A stretch of DNA of 34,823 nucleotides from Octopus bimaculoides. Taxonomy: Eukaryota. Within the stretch, counting starts at the first letter, position 1, and the number at the start of each line of letters is the position of its first letter. Below the pieces are notes generated by a model. It made no database searches, had not been told where the DNA came from, and saw only the letters and a list, made by a program, of their open reading frames with translations. The stretch spans positions 26,345,107 through 26,379,929 of the forward strand of contig NC_069003.1 in the NCBI RefSeq assembly GCF_001194135.2. Reading direction: 5' to 3'. A program made the position numbers and the translations under genes. Positions 11,346 through 23,401 of the stretch are shown piece by piece.

Positions 11346-11967
11346 ATGAATACCTATGTACGTTTTTATATTTATACACAAGTAAGCACATAGATGTAAA
11401 ACACCAAAAGGTAGAGCAAAATACTATTTTATTAAAGCCCCCTAAAATAGTTTTTTCTGGTTTAATAAAATAGTATATATATATATATATATATAATCAA
11501 TCATCGTTTTAACATCCATTTTTCCATGCTGGCATGGGTTGGACAGTTTGATGTGTGTGTACGTGATTTGTGCATCACATGGCCAATATTTAAAGAGTAA
11601 GCGAGTGTGTATAGACACTTCTATCAATTAGTGTATACCCTGTAATTATTTAATCAACTTCTGGTGTGATTAAGTTTTCAATGTCAGCATTTGAACTCAA
11701 TGCAGAGGGAGAAATAATACAGTAATTAAGTTAATTACCCCCATCACCAGCACCACCACCAGTGTAATTATGCAAGTAATTACATTAAAGTAATTACATA
11801 GAAATAATTATTTCTTTAGATTTTCAAATATTTTTACTTGACATCATATTTTTGTTTTGTTTGTTTTCTTGGAATTCCAGGTATTTTTTGATGGAATCTG
11901 TTGGAGGTGTTCTCCCAGAGAGGGCAGCACTGTTCCTTTGAGACCATTAATATATGGCAATTGTAAA

Positions 11968-12580
11968 GCGGTGAGCTGGCATAATTGCTATTCTGCCGGG
12001 TGAAATTCTTAGTAGCATTTCATCTGCCTTGATATTCTGAGTCCAAATTTCACCAAGTTCGACTTTGCCTTTCAGCCTTTCAGCACCAGTTGAGCACTGG
12101 GGTCAATGTAATCAACTTAACCCTTCTTCTGAAATTGCTGGCCTTGTGTCAACATTTGAAATCAATATATGGGCCTTGTAAGGGCAGCAAACTGGCTGAA
12201 TTGTTAGCATGCCAGGTGAAATACTTAGTTGCATTTCATGTGTTTATATTCTGAGTTCAAATTCCGCTGAGGTTGACTTTACCTTTAATCCTTTCAGGGT
12301 CAATAAAATTAAGTACCCATTGAGTACTGGGATCGATGTAACTTACTGGCCTTATGCTAAAATTTGAAACAAATATATGGCCATTGCAGTAGTAAGATTT
12401 CAACTAACTAATGATATATGATCTCGTTTCAATTCCTCAAATTCTGCAGAGGTTGACCTTGTCTTTCATCCTTTTGGTGTCAATGAAATAAGTACCAGTT
12501 GAACACTGGGATAGATGTGACCATGTTACACACTTTCCCTGAAATTACAGGCTGTGTGCCAAAATTTGAAATGATTATTA
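11968..12580 (+). mobile_element. Three head-to-tail family A SINEs (about 11968-12163, 12183-12371, 12430-12576)
   Basis: Repeated head/core/tail (..ggccttgtg..aaatttgaaa) units. Confidence 0.85.
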
Positions 12581-12589
12581 CAACTGTGT

Positions 12590-12890
12590 GGAGGCACATA
12601 GTCTAGTGATTAGAGCAGTGAACTCGAAGGATCACGGGTTTGAATCTCAGACCGAGCGATGTGTGTGTTTATGGGCGAAACACCTAAGCTCCATGCAACT
12701 CTGGCAGAAGGTAATGGCGAACTTCTGCTAACTTTTTCACCACAGCTTTCTCTCACTCTTTTCTCCTGCATCTAGCAGCTCACCTGCGATGGACCAGCAT
12801 CCCATCCAGGTGGGGAACCGATACGCCAATGAAACTGGGAAGCTGGCCCTTATGAGCCAGGCATGGCTCAAGAAGGAACAAACAACAGCA
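12590..12890 (+). mobile_element. SINE family C (tRNA-like head)
   Basis: Homologous to 18627-18903; 10-bp TSD attacaactg at 12577-12586 and 12891-12900. Confidence 0.82.
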
Positions 12891-12909
12891 ATTACAACTG
12901 ATGGTAATG

Positions 12910-13120
12910 TGATGAGCTGGCAGAATTGTTAGCATGCCAGACAAATGTCTAGCAGCATTTCATCCATCTGCATTCTGGGTTCAGATTCCACTGAGGCTGG
13001 TTTTTACTTTTTATCCTTTCGGGTCAATGGAATAAGAACCAGTTGAGCACTGGAGTTGATATAATTGACTATTTCTCTCTCCCAAAATTTCTGGTCTTAT
13101 GCCTATAGTAGAAAGGATTA
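12910..13120 (+). mobile_element. SINE family A
   Basis: gagctggcagaattgttagc head through aaaatttctggtcttatgcc tail. Confidence 0.82.
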
Positions 13121-13336
13121 TTACAAGTGTTGATGGCACAGTCACTCTGGATACTTCACCAGAGTTCCTAAATACCAGCTGGCTTCAGAACCAAAATCTG
13201 ACATAAGGCTTGCACCATTAACAAGAAATAGCAGGGAATCACTTCTGACAAAAGCACCATTGTACAAAGAAAGGTTTTAGATGAGAAATTACGAAGACCA
13301 AAATTCAACATCCTATACACAAAACAGTGTTTAAGG

Positions 13337-13674
13337 CAGTGGTTCTCAACTGGGGTTCATATAACCTTTGGGGGTCCACATAAGATTTTAGGAGTCTATG
13401 CAAGTAAAATAGTAAACTGGGGACCCACAGTAGTATATTAGGGGCCCTTAAAAAAAATTTTGTTTTAAATGCCTTTATTGCAAGAAATAGCTAAATTTCT
13501 TACTCAAATGTTTCACATAGCTCAGCCTACGCAAGGGAATGTGTGATAAACAAAATAGGAATTGTGAAAGAAGTATCTATAAAACTAGTTTTTAAATATC
13601 GAATGGCTATGGGTCCACCAGAATGGAATAGTTATCAAAGGTGTCCATAGATAAAAAGTGGTCAGGAACTACTG
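13337..13674. mobile_element. hAT (Charlie-like) MITE
   Basis: Imperfect TIRs cagtggttctcaac / reverse complement of gtcaggaactactg. Perfect 8-bp TSD gtttaagg at 13329-13336 and 13675-13682. Confidence 0.88.
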
Positions 13675-14058
13675 GTTTAAGGCATCTATACATACTAAGT
13701 ATGGACAAGGGTAAACCCATTTGACCTAAAATCAGTTCACGGTCATTGGAAAGCAGTGTTTTTATAGTAACGTCATCACTAGCAGGGTGGCCAGCCAAGA
13801 TTAAAAAAGGCCCCATCTCCTTATAAAGTATAACTTATCTCCTCAGCATATTAGCCCAGAATTTTGAAATGAAAGAGGAATCTATAACTCTGGTAAGGGT
13901 TCCATTCCAAGTATTGCCAGTCAGAGCCAAATGGGCCCCAGGATTTGTGTAACGCAGGTTCATCACACTCTAAAATATTACTTGAGTTCATACCCACAAG
14001 ATCTAATAACTTATACACACCACCACCACCCTCTCTCTTTACCACCTTGTAAAGTATT

Positions 14059-14483
14059 CCTTTCTACAGTAGGCATAAGGCCTGAAATTTGTGGGGAGGG
14101 GTAAGTCGATTGCATCAACCCCCAGTGCTTGACTGGTACTTATTTTATTGACCCTGAAAGGATGAAAGGTAAAATTGACTTCTGTGGAATTTGAACTTAG
14201 AATGTAAAGATGGATGAAATGCTGCTAAGCATTTTGCCTGCTTGCCACCTTATCTTATAAAATATTGGTTTCAAATTTTGGCACAAAGCTAGCAAGTTCA
14301 AGGGAGTGGATAAGTTTATTACATCAACCCTACTGCTCAACTGCTACACTTTAAATTGACCCCAAAAGGATGAAAGGCAAAGTCAACCTCAGTGGAATTT
14401 GAACTCAGAACATAGACCCGGATAAAATGCTGCTAAGCATTTTGCCTGGCATGCTAATGATTCTGCCACCTCACTGCCTTATT
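14059..14483 (-). mobile_element. Two tandem family A SINEs
   Basis: Reverse-complement copies at about 14059-14250 and 14267-14480. Confidence 0.85.
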
Positions 14484-14769
14484 CTTATAAAATATTAAAA
14501 TTAATAATTATTAGATTTATGTGAACATTTCTAGAAAAATCTTTGATGTAAAGGCAATATAAAGAAATTACTTTTATAGAATCTCTGACATTTCTCAAAT
14601 TCCTGGAATTTCTGTTCCTCGTCTCTCCACCACCACCTCCAGCTATATATTTTTAAATCTCAATATTGGTTCTGTTGATGGACTGATTGTTCAGATGGGA
14701 ATCATGAAGTGTAATTTGGTGATGAGGATCACGTGTGAGCTGAGAGTTACATGGCAGTTAAACTTATAA

Positions 14770-15219
14770 TTACTGATTCAAATCCAAAGAGTGACCACCA
14801 GCATTATCCAGAACAAGCAACACCTTGAATTCCATGCATACATTTTGGAGGTATTCCTTGGCTTGAGGGATGAAGCATTGGTGGAACCAATTCAATGTTA
14901 GACTTTTGGTAATCCAGGCCTTGGGGTTGTGCATCCAGTGGACAGGCAATAGGTTTTTCTTATTTTTGAAGGTGTTTGGGTTTGCGGACTTGTAGCTAAG
15001 TCCTAGTTTCATCATGAAGCCAGCAGCATTGCCACACATAATTAGCATCACTCTGTCCTTCTGTGCCTTAAATCCTGGGGCTCTTCCCTCGTCTTTCATG
15101 ATGTACATTCCAGAAGGCATCTTCTTCCAGAACAAGCCAGTCTTGTCCATATTGAAAACCTGTTCTAGCTTGTATCTCTTGTCCTCGATGATCTGCCTGA
15201 AGGTTTCAAGGTACTTCTT
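14770..15219 (-). mobile_element. Tigger/pogo DDE_1 transposase remnant
   Basis: [55 protein letters not shown]. The 5' part of the tracked ORF is only a microsatellite. Confidence 0.92.
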
Positions 15220-15252
15220 GGTGTATGTATATATAGATATGTATGTATATAT

Positions 15253-15440
15253 GTATATATAGATATATATGTATATATAGATATATATGTATATATAGAT
15301 ATATATGTATATATAGATATATATGTATATATAGATATATATGTATATATAGATATATATGTATATATAGATATATATGTATATATAGATATATATGTAT
15401 ATATAGATATATATGTATATATAGATATATATGTATACAT
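15253..15440 (+). repeat. 18-bp minisatellite (gtatatatagatatatat)
   Basis: About 10 exact units, giving the spurious ICIYRY peptide repeat. Confidence 0.9.
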
Positions 15441-16034
15441 AGATATACATATGTATGTATATATAGATATACATATGTGTGTGCGTGTATATATATATAT
15501 ATATATGCCATCATTCTCAACACTCTCTCATATCTACCATCATAACCCACCTACAACATGTATCCCTATATCTCCCCCTCTCCACAGCTCCTACACTTTG
15601 CACATCATTCTATTACTTTCTGATCTATTCTCCTTCCTGAGCCATTCCTATAAGTCTCCTCCTTGACCCCTCTACATACTGGCATTTCCCATCATCAGCA
15701 CCCTCACCCTGGTTCATCACTCACTAAACTAACCTCTACCTCCACTTGTTTGCTCTCCCCTCATACACTTACGAAAGCATCCACTCTCTCACCCACTCCC
15801 ATGACTCAGTTCATATCCTCTCTTTATGTGCCCTTTCTTGTTCCTTGTGAGTTTGCTCTTGCACCCCGTCACTATTTTCCTTTTATCTCCTCCATAGCAA
15901 AATACCTGCACTTATTCCTCTATTTTCAACATCTGGCATAGAACCACCTCTACCTTCTCCTCCCAAATATTTCTTCTTAGTTGTGGGAGTTTCTTCCCTT
16001 TCCTTTTTCCCCTCTTCTGTCTTCCAAGTTATCA

Positions 16035-16200
16035 ACCTCACTAGTGCCAGTGGCATGAAGTAAGCACCCAGTACACTGCGTAAAGTGATTGGCATTAGGA
16101 AGGGCATGAAGCTGTAGAGACCATACCAAAGAAGACTTTGGAGCTGACATGGGTTTGAGGCTTGCCAGTTCCCATCAAAATGTCCAGCCCATACCAGAAT
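16035..16200 (+). mobile_element. Repeat family B fragment
   Basis: aagcacccagtacact..ggcattaggaagggcat..ccagcccatacc. Confidence 0.72.
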
Positions 16201-16237
<37 letters not shown>

Positions 16238-16516
16238 ATGATCATAGGAGAAATTTGACCCAGCACTGTGAGTTTTAACTCATCAGCCAGCCACTCTTTG
16301 TTTGTTGCTACAAAGGAAACTTCCAAATAAGGTAATAGAGTACCAAAGATTCCGTCAGCTACTAACAGTGTCGGAGAGAGACAGCAGCTTCACATGAGTT
16401 CTCATCGTATGAGGAATGAAGTGAAAGCCAAAACAATACTTGACTCACTTTTAACAAGTTATGTCTTTGGAAGAGAACCACTTGACCTTTTTAATGTATG
16501 TACATGTGAATGTACG

Positions 16517-16555
<39 letters not shown>

Positions 16556-17394
16556 NNNNNNNNNNNNNNNNNNNNNNNNNNNNNNNNNNNNNNNNNNNNN
16601 NNNNNNNNNNNNNNNNNNNNNNNNNNNNNNNNNNNNNNNNNNNNNNNNNNNNNNNNNNNNNNNNNNNNNNNNNNNNNNNNNNNNNNNNNNNNNNNNNNNN
16701 NNNNNNNNNNNNNNNNNNNNNNNNNNNNNNNNNNNNNNNNNNNNNNNNNNNNNNNNNNNNNNNNNNNNNNNNNNNNNNNNNNNNNNNNNNNNNNNNNNNN
16801 NNNNNNNNNNNNNNNNNNNNNNNNNNNNNNNNNNNNNNNNNNNNNNNNNNNNNNNNNNNNNNNAAAAAAAAAGAATAGCCATGATTTTTCGCATGGGATC
16901 AACTCCCTTGGCCTCCTACTTTCCCATAGATCCCTTATTTTGGTGGTTCAGTAAAAAGGGAGGGCGGGGCGAGCCCCAACCCTGGATTTTTTTTTATGTA
17001 GAATGAATTATGGTGAGCTCCTAATGTGCCACAAAATCAGTTTTTTTTTTTGTCTGGAAGATGGTGAGGTGAACCCTTGGAAATTTCACACACATTCTCA
17101 ATTTTCACAGGGAAAATTTCTTTCTCACCCCCCCCTCCCCCATTTCACAGGGAAAATTTCTTGGCCAAATTTTTACATGAGTGTCAATACTCGTTAGCAA
17201 AGAAACCTTGCATTTACAAACATATATTCTCTTGTGTAAGCTGTATGCTGAAGAACAGTCACATTAATGAGCCCCTCATACTTATTATATTAACGCAATG
17301 TTAATTACTACCTCCAAATTATGATGATAGCAGTGTAGTGTTAATTAGAACCCCCAACCCACTTCCACTAGTTCTGACACTGACATGGGAGTTT

Positions 17395-17625
17395 TGTAAC
17401 AATCAGTCATTAGACTGCAGCCATGCTGGGGCACTGCCTTGAAGAATTTTGTAGTCAAAATAAACTGACCCCACTATCTATTTTTTGTTAATTCTGGTGC
17501 TTGTTCTATCAAGTTTCACTTTTGTCAAATTGCTTAACTATGGGGATGTAAATACACCAATACTTCTTGTCAAGCAGTGGTGGGGGGACAAATATGGACA
17601 CAAAGACACACACACACACACATAT
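17395..17625 (+). mobile_element. Repeat family E (ends in an (AC)n tract)
   Basis: cagtcattagactgcagccatgctggggcac..gtcaagcagtggtgggggacaaa..caaagacacacac; homologous to 33715-33960. Confidence 0.75.
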
Positions 17626-17641
17626 GTGATGGGCTTCTTTC

Positions 17642-17876
17642 AGTTTCTTATTTCTTTATTGCCCACAAGGGGCTAAACATAGAGGGGACAAACAAGGACA
17701 GACAAATGGATTAAGCCAATTATATCGACCCCAGTGTGTAAATGATACTTATTTAATTGAACCCGAAAGGATGAAAGGCAAAGTCGACCTTGGTGGAATT
17801 TGAACTTAGAACGTAGTGGCAGACGAAATTCCGCTAAGCATTTCATCCGGCATGCTAACGTTTCTGCCAGCTCGCT
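17642..17876 (-). mobile_element. SINE family A head and core with a different tail
   Basis: gaaaggatgaaaggcaaagtcgacc..ctgccagctcgc. Confidence 0.8.
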
Positions 17877-17879
17877 TTC

Positions 17880-18000
17880 TGTTTACTAAATCCACTCACA
17901 AGGCTTTAGTAGAAGACACGTGCCCTAGGTGTCACAAAATGGGACTGAACCCAGAACCACATGGTTGGGAAGCAAGCTTCTTACCACACGGCCACAGCCT
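17880..18000 (-). mobile_element. SINE head fragment (family F)
   Basis: Homologous to 70-213. Confidence 0.72.
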
Positions 18001-18626
18001 GTCATAGTTTTGTACGTGTTCCTTGCAGTTTTTATTTGTAAAGTTCCCCAATTCATCATAATAGTAGTAGTATTTGTAGTGTTATCATGATAGTAGTAGC
18101 TGTAGTAGTTGGTGGTTGTAGAGGTGGTGGTGATAGAAGTAGAGATGGTAGTGGTTGTGGTACTAGTGGTAGCCATATCAACTGTGGTCCTTAATTAAAT
18201 CCAATTAATGTCCATATTTATAGCTTCTAACAGAGATTTCAGGACAGTTATAGGTTGGCCCCATTAATGCTAAATAGAGGTGAAACCTGTGTAAATTCAC
18301 AGCAGAATGAATGTATGACTAATTAGCTAATGTCTAGGTTACCTTATTGTGTTTCACCTAAGTTATAGTTCTAGACAGGTGAGAGAGGGATGAAGCGAGA
18401 TGGAGTGGGTATATATTGTGCATATTTAACAACCAACTCATCGAGCTATATATAGTATACACTCCTTGTGTTACCACCACTCCCACCCGACTTCACCCCA
18501 CTGCCACCACCACTTCTATCCCCACCACCACTTCTATCACCACCACCACCACCTCTCATATATAAGCATTGGTCATCGTCATTGTTGTTATTAGATATTA
18601 TTAATGTAGTTTAATGGGTAGCACGT

Positions 18627-18903
18627 GGAGACGCAATGGCCCAGTGGTTAGGGCAGCGGACACGTGGTTGGAGGATCGTGGTTTCGATTCTCAGACCGGG
18701 CGTTGTGAGTGTTTATTGAGCGAAAACACCTAAGCTCCACGAAGCTCCGGCAGGGGGTGGTGGTGATCCCTGTTGTACTCTTTCGCCCCAACTTTCTCTC
18801 ACTCCTTCTTCCTGCGATGGACTGGCGTCCCGTCCAGCTGGGGTGAACACATACGCCATGGAAACCGGGCCCATGAGCCTGGCTAGGCTTTGAAAGGGCA
18901 ACG
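18627..18903 (+). mobile_element. SINE family C
   Basis: tRNA-like head ggagacgcaatggcccagtggttagg (A box) and ggtttcgattc (B box). Confidence 0.85.
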
Positions 18904-18944
18904 TTTATCGTTTAATGTGTAGCACACACACACACACACATGAA

Positions 18945-19230
18945 AGCACATGGCCTAGTGGCTAGGTTGTTGCGCTAGTGATCTAGTGATCATGGGCTTC
19001 ATTCCTGAAGTGGGTGAAGCATTGTGTTCTTGAGCAAGACACTTTATTTCATGTTGCGCCAGTCCACTTTGCTGTAAATGGGTAACCCTGTGCTGGACTA
19101 GCTTTCTGATCAGAGGAAATGTTGGCCTGCATGCCAAGCTAGTCAGGTGGTATCATTTGAAAGCTAAAATGATGCAAAGTGCATTGTAACCAGTGATGTA
19201 TAACAAACAACATCTGATAGTCCTGTCAAT
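18945..19230 (+). mobile_element. SINE family D (CORE-like domain)
   Basis: catggcctagtgg head; ttgtgttcttgagcaagacacttta..gctgtaaatggg. Confidence 0.75.
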
Positions 19231-19373
19231 CATGTGATCATGTGATACACACATATATAAACATGTGAATATATATATATTTGTAAAGAATAAAAAGTTT
19301 AGAATGGTACAACAATGCACTATAAAACAAAAAATGGACTGTATGCCTGTTGTAATTTGATTATCTATAGTCC

Positions 19374-19409
19374 GATGATATTTCGGAATTACAATTCCTT
19401 CTTTAGATC
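19374..19409 (-). ncRNA. Minimal type I hammerhead-like motif (family H repeat, 19284-19413)
   Basis: GAU-CUAAAGA-A-GGAAUU-GU-AAUUCC-GAAA-UA-UC-AUC; perfect stem II, G5A core change. Confidence 0.5.
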
Positions 19410-19928
19410 TTCTTAGACGGAGTCTCTGCTATAAACTGCTTTCCAACAGTTTTCTTTTTTTCGGAAGTGTGCCAGTAGTGGTCTCACAAAGCTTCTTCTG
19501 GAATTCCTCATGAGAAGTGTGTGAGGTCAGCTATGTTTCAATCTTGTGTTGTGTTGGTACATCTGTGGCGCTGCTTCTAAGTTATGTGTTGTACGTGCAG
19601 CTTCTCTTTTTTTTCCCCTTTTTTTTTTTTTTTTTTTTTTTTGTTATAAACAATACATGAGCATAATGAACCTACACACATCCAGATGTAGCTAAATAAT
19701 ATATTGGTTACCAACTAAGGGATTTCTCGAAACATTTACCGGTTCACTCACAGTTAAGTATTCAAAATAGCTTATTCAACGGTTAATATATAAATCCACA
19801 AATAATTCTTATTAGATAAGAATTCAGAGATATATTCTGTTGGATTATTCCAAATATATCACCTTTAACCATATAGGTTTCATGGAGTATTTAATATAAA
19901 TAATAATAATAATAATAATAATAATAAT

Positions 19929-20140
19929 CCTTTCTAAGGCACAAGGCCTGGAATTTGTGGGGAGTGGGGATAGTCGATTACATCGGCTCCAATACTTGAC
20001 TGGTACTTAATTTATCATTCCCGAAAGGATGAACGCCAAAGTCAACCTCGGCAGAATTTGAACTCAGAACGTAGCAACAGGTGAAATACTGCTAGGCATT
20101 TTGTCCAGTGTGCTAACAATTCTGCCAGCTCACTGCCTCG
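19929..20140 (-). mobile_element. SINE family A within an (AAT)n tract
   Basis: Full-length reverse-complement copy with aat repeats on both sides. Confidence 0.85.
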
Positions 20141-20506
20141 ATATAATAATAATAACAACAATAAGGATTATGATGAAGTAGCATTAGCATTACCTTCAAT
20201 TCACATTTATATATAAATACAGCCTCAAACAGACCTACACATGTGCTGACTGCATTGGTTAGTAACCGTTGCAATTGCAAATTTGCTATTAATACCAGTA
20301 CAATTTTTTCAGGGTCTTCCCTGTAATATCCTTTGATATTTAACTGGTTAAAGTTTTATGTTGAATTTAGTTGTATTCAATGAAGTGGAGTTGTATGTTA
20401 AATCAGATGTGAACTATTTTCAGTTCCAAGTATTGATTAGATAATCACTCGTTTATTCCTTATAGTCAGTTATTTCAAAAAATTCTGTTGTTTAAATATT
20501 TATAAC

Positions 20507-20810
20507 TCATTTATATTGAGCAAAGGTAAATTTTCTCATGTGCAAGCATCTTAAAGCTTGTTCTTGTCTAGAATTTATTATATTATACTCTGATGTAAAA
20601 ATTTGGTAAAATTCTTCAATATATAGGTTACATTTATTAGTTTCTGGTCTGTAAAGTTTTGCAGTACTAATCAATTCCCAATCGATAGTATAGTCCTTGT
20701 TTCTGTCTTTAATAGACCAAATTAACCAACTTAGACTATGTTTGGAATTTTCAATTTTTATCTTTAAATTAAGTGATTAGTCAGTCTTTTTTTGAAAATG
20801 GGTGAAGTTC
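20507..20810 (-). mobile_element. Penelope-like element, C-terminal GIY-YIG endonuclease tail
   Basis: FKKRLTNH (frameshift) then SLSWLIWSIKDRNKDYTIDWELISTAKLYRPETNKCNLYIEEFYQI..INSRQEQALRCLHMRKFTFAQYK*. This follows the PLE pattern LS..IW.LK...Y.I.W...Y....CNLC.EE...N.R.E...C.H..KF as recalled. Not in the ORF track. Confidence 0.8.
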
Positions 20811-20812
20811 AT

Positions 20813-21050
20813 TATTTACATTATTTACAATTGATGGATATTTGTCCTCATCTTGTTTGTTGTTAACACAATGTTTCGGCTGATATACCCTCCAGTCTTC
20901 ATCAGGTGTCTTGGGGGAAATTTCGAACCTGGGTGCTCATTCTTAAGGTATTTTTTGATGTTGTTGTTATTATTCTTCAGGCCACTACCTGGAATCAAAC
21001 TGGGAATCTTGGGGTTAGTAGCCTGCACTCTTAACCACTACACCATATGC
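20813..21050 (-). mobile_element. Family G: tRNA-headed element with a hammerhead-like 3' motif
   Basis: Head tggtgtagtggttaagagtgcaggctactaacc..gtttgattcc; motif at 20910-20865. Confidence 0.75.
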
Positions 21051-21345
21051 ACTGATGTAAACGTATTTATTTCCCTCAGATGCTAGCATTTCTGCCAGCT
21101 CACTGTCTTTGCTTTTGCTATGTTAACTACTAACTTGAGCAAGTGAATTCATTCTTTTGACTACTACTGGTCAGGGAATGATAAAGTGGTGCAAACTGGT
21201 TATTTTTGGAATGTTTTTTTTTTAAATGTGTAAAACTACTTTTTCGTATGATGTAGTAACTCTATTCATCAATAAAAAAAACTCCTATGAAACAGCTGCA
21301 GTAAATGAACCATTATCCATCTTTTTCTATATATGTGTGAACAAA

Positions 21346-21925
21346 TCATCATCATCATCATCATCATCATTTAACGTCCGCTTTCCATGCTAGCATGGGT
21401 TGGACGATTTGACTGAGGACTGGTGCAACCGGATGGCTACACCAGGCTCCAATCTGATTTGGCAGAGTTTCTACAGCTGGATGCCCTTCCTAACGCCAAC
21501 CACTCCGAGAGTGTAGTGAATGCTTTTACNNNNNNNNNNAGGCTCCAATCTGATTTGGCAGAGTTTCTACAGCTGGATGCCCTTCCTAACGCCAACCACT
21601 CCGAGAGTGTAGTGAATGCTTTTACATGCCACCAGTACGAAGGCCAGTCAGGTGGTACTGGCAACGGCCACGCTCAAAATGGTGTACTTTATGTGCCACC
21701 TGCACAGGAGCCAGTCCAGCGGCACTGGTACGATCTTGCTCAAATGTCTTTACACGTGCCACCGGCACAAGTGCCATCACGATTTCGCACAGGTGCCATC
21801 ACGATTTCGCTTTTGCTTGCCCCAACGGGCCTTCACAAGCTGAGTTTCGTGTCCTGCGCTAGGAGCCAGTCCAGCGGCACTAGCAATGATCTCACTCGAA
21901 TGTCTTTACACGTGCCATCTTTCTG
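21346..21925 (-). mobile_element. Repeat family B, long copy, with an artefactual duplication across a 10-N gap
   Basis: (CAT)n tail at 21346 and near-identical body; the sequence before the gap at 21530-21539 is repeated after it. Confidence 0.85.
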
Positions 21926-22334
21926 AAACTGAATTTGAAAAACTTGAAGTGAGAAATAGGGCTCTCTCCTTTAGCTCAGCTCTCTTACTAATCTCTTTTC
22001 CTTCCCCTATTCTTTTTCATCTCTCCCATCCTCTCCCCTTACCATATCTCATCTCTCTGCCTGGCGTTGTCAATTACTCTCTCTTTTGTGCCCCACCCTG
22101 CTTAGCTACAGGGGCCACTGTGAGCCTCTTAGGCTTGCAAGTTAGGAAGTGATCATTGTTAATGTTGGTACCATGAAATAAATACACCCCAGCACACTCT
22201 GTAAAATGATTCATGTAAGGAACGGCAGCCAGCTGTAGAAATCTTGGCATAGTAGACAGAGCATGATGAGTTTTCTAGTTAGATCATGTCAAATCACCCA
22301 AACTATGTTATGTTGTCATGGAAACTGGATACAG

Positions 22335-22540
22335 ACCCTTTAGCATTCAGATGTAATGCTATGTATTCAGATTGTTATTAATTAATCATGCATTTATCTC
22401 ATAGCTTTGAAATTCCAATGAATGTGATTGCTTATTTCTAGAATGACATTGTAGAGTATGTGTGAGAGGCCAGATCTGGCTGATTTGAACATAAAACAGG
22501 TAGAATATTTGGACCAGATGTGGCCAGTTTAAATGCTAAA
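22335..22540. mobile_element. piggyBac-type MITE, opposite orientation, eroded ends
   Basis: accctttagcattcag ... aaatgctaaa; the interior is the reverse complement of 9812-10041. Confidence 0.7.
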
Positions 22541-22708
22541 TGATAATAATTCACTCATAACATTTGGATCCATATCTTTGAGCATAGCCAAGACCTTTCT
22601 CAATGAGTGCAAATGCTTACTGCATTTTAATGAAGTGGTGAGGCTCAGGTTTGACTTGCTCTTCTTCTTCTTTATTTATTACTTGTTTTCTTCGATAATC
22701 TTCTTCAA

Positions 22709-22863
22709 TCATCATCATCATCATCGTTTAACGTCCGCTTTCCATGCTAGCATGGGTTGGACGATTTGACTGAGGACTGGTGAAACCCAATGGCTACACC
22801 AGGCTCCAATCTGATTTGGCAGAGTTTCTACAGCTGGATGCCCTTCCTAATGCCAACCACTCT
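22709..22863 (-). mobile_element. Repeat family B 3' fragment
   Basis: Near-identical reverse complement of part of 23402-23625. Confidence 0.85.
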
Positions 22864-22866
22864 GAG

Positions 22867-23353
22867 AAATTCCACTGCTGCATGTTCATCAGCTGATGTG
22901 CCTTCACCTTGCTTCTCCGACTTTTAAATCGCATAAACCATCCTTGACTTGACTTGAACTCTACATCTTTCTCATCTGGATATTTTTTCTTCGGGTCCTC
23001 AAACAAAGACAATGCTTTCTCCTGAACGACTTCTTGACTAAGGATAGCATTTGGATGATTCTGCCTATCAATCCAAATAGATACACAACTTTCCATTTCT
23101 TCAAAGATTTTGCCTCTTTTCTTGTTGATGACAGTATTCTTCATCCCTGGGGCTTCAGATGTGGTATGTATTAAAATCTTGTCCTTATTATGTATAATCC
23201 TCGATACAGTTGTCTGATTCACCCCAAAAGATCGTGCAATCATTACAACTTTTTCACCTTCATCATGATGTTTTATCATCACCAACTTATCCTCCAGCAT
23301 CATATTATAGTATGACGCTTAGCACTTTCACCAGGACTTTTCTTTGGAGGCAT
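22867..23353 (-). mobile_element. Tigger/pogo transposase N-terminal remnant (CENP-B-type HTH domains)
   Basis: MPPKK..; LEDKLVMIK..GVNQTTVSRI; IWI..Q..LSQEVVQEKALSLF; FKSSQGWFMRFK; then QGEGTSADEHAAVEF in another frame. Frameshifted. Confidence 0.9.
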
Positions 23354-23401
23354 AGGGGAAAAAATTAAAATTACAAATGAATATAAATGAGAAAATCTAA
23401 A

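Noticed and set aside
13130-14045. Short ORFs and exon-like signals around the hAT MITE
   Set aside because: No recognisable motif and no consistent splice chain.
15225-15550. ORFs extending the Tigger fragment with YI/ICIYRY repeats
   Set aside because: An 18-bp minisatellite that happens to lack stop codons.
18627-18700. tRNA-like sequences here and at 12590, 20980-21050 and 32048
   Set aside because: They are SINE heads lacking a complete cloverleaf and continue into repeat bodies.
21423-21926. ORFs with a duplicated RLQSDLAEFLQLDALPNANH peptide
   Set aside because: SINE sequence duplicated on both sides of a 10-N gap; an overlap artefact of assembly.
14770-23353. Two Tigger fragments in collinear order as one element split by 7.6 kb
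   Set aside because: They overlap by several codons with different sequence (AAVEF versus TKKYL) and no shared TIR or TSD was seen; probably two separate elements.
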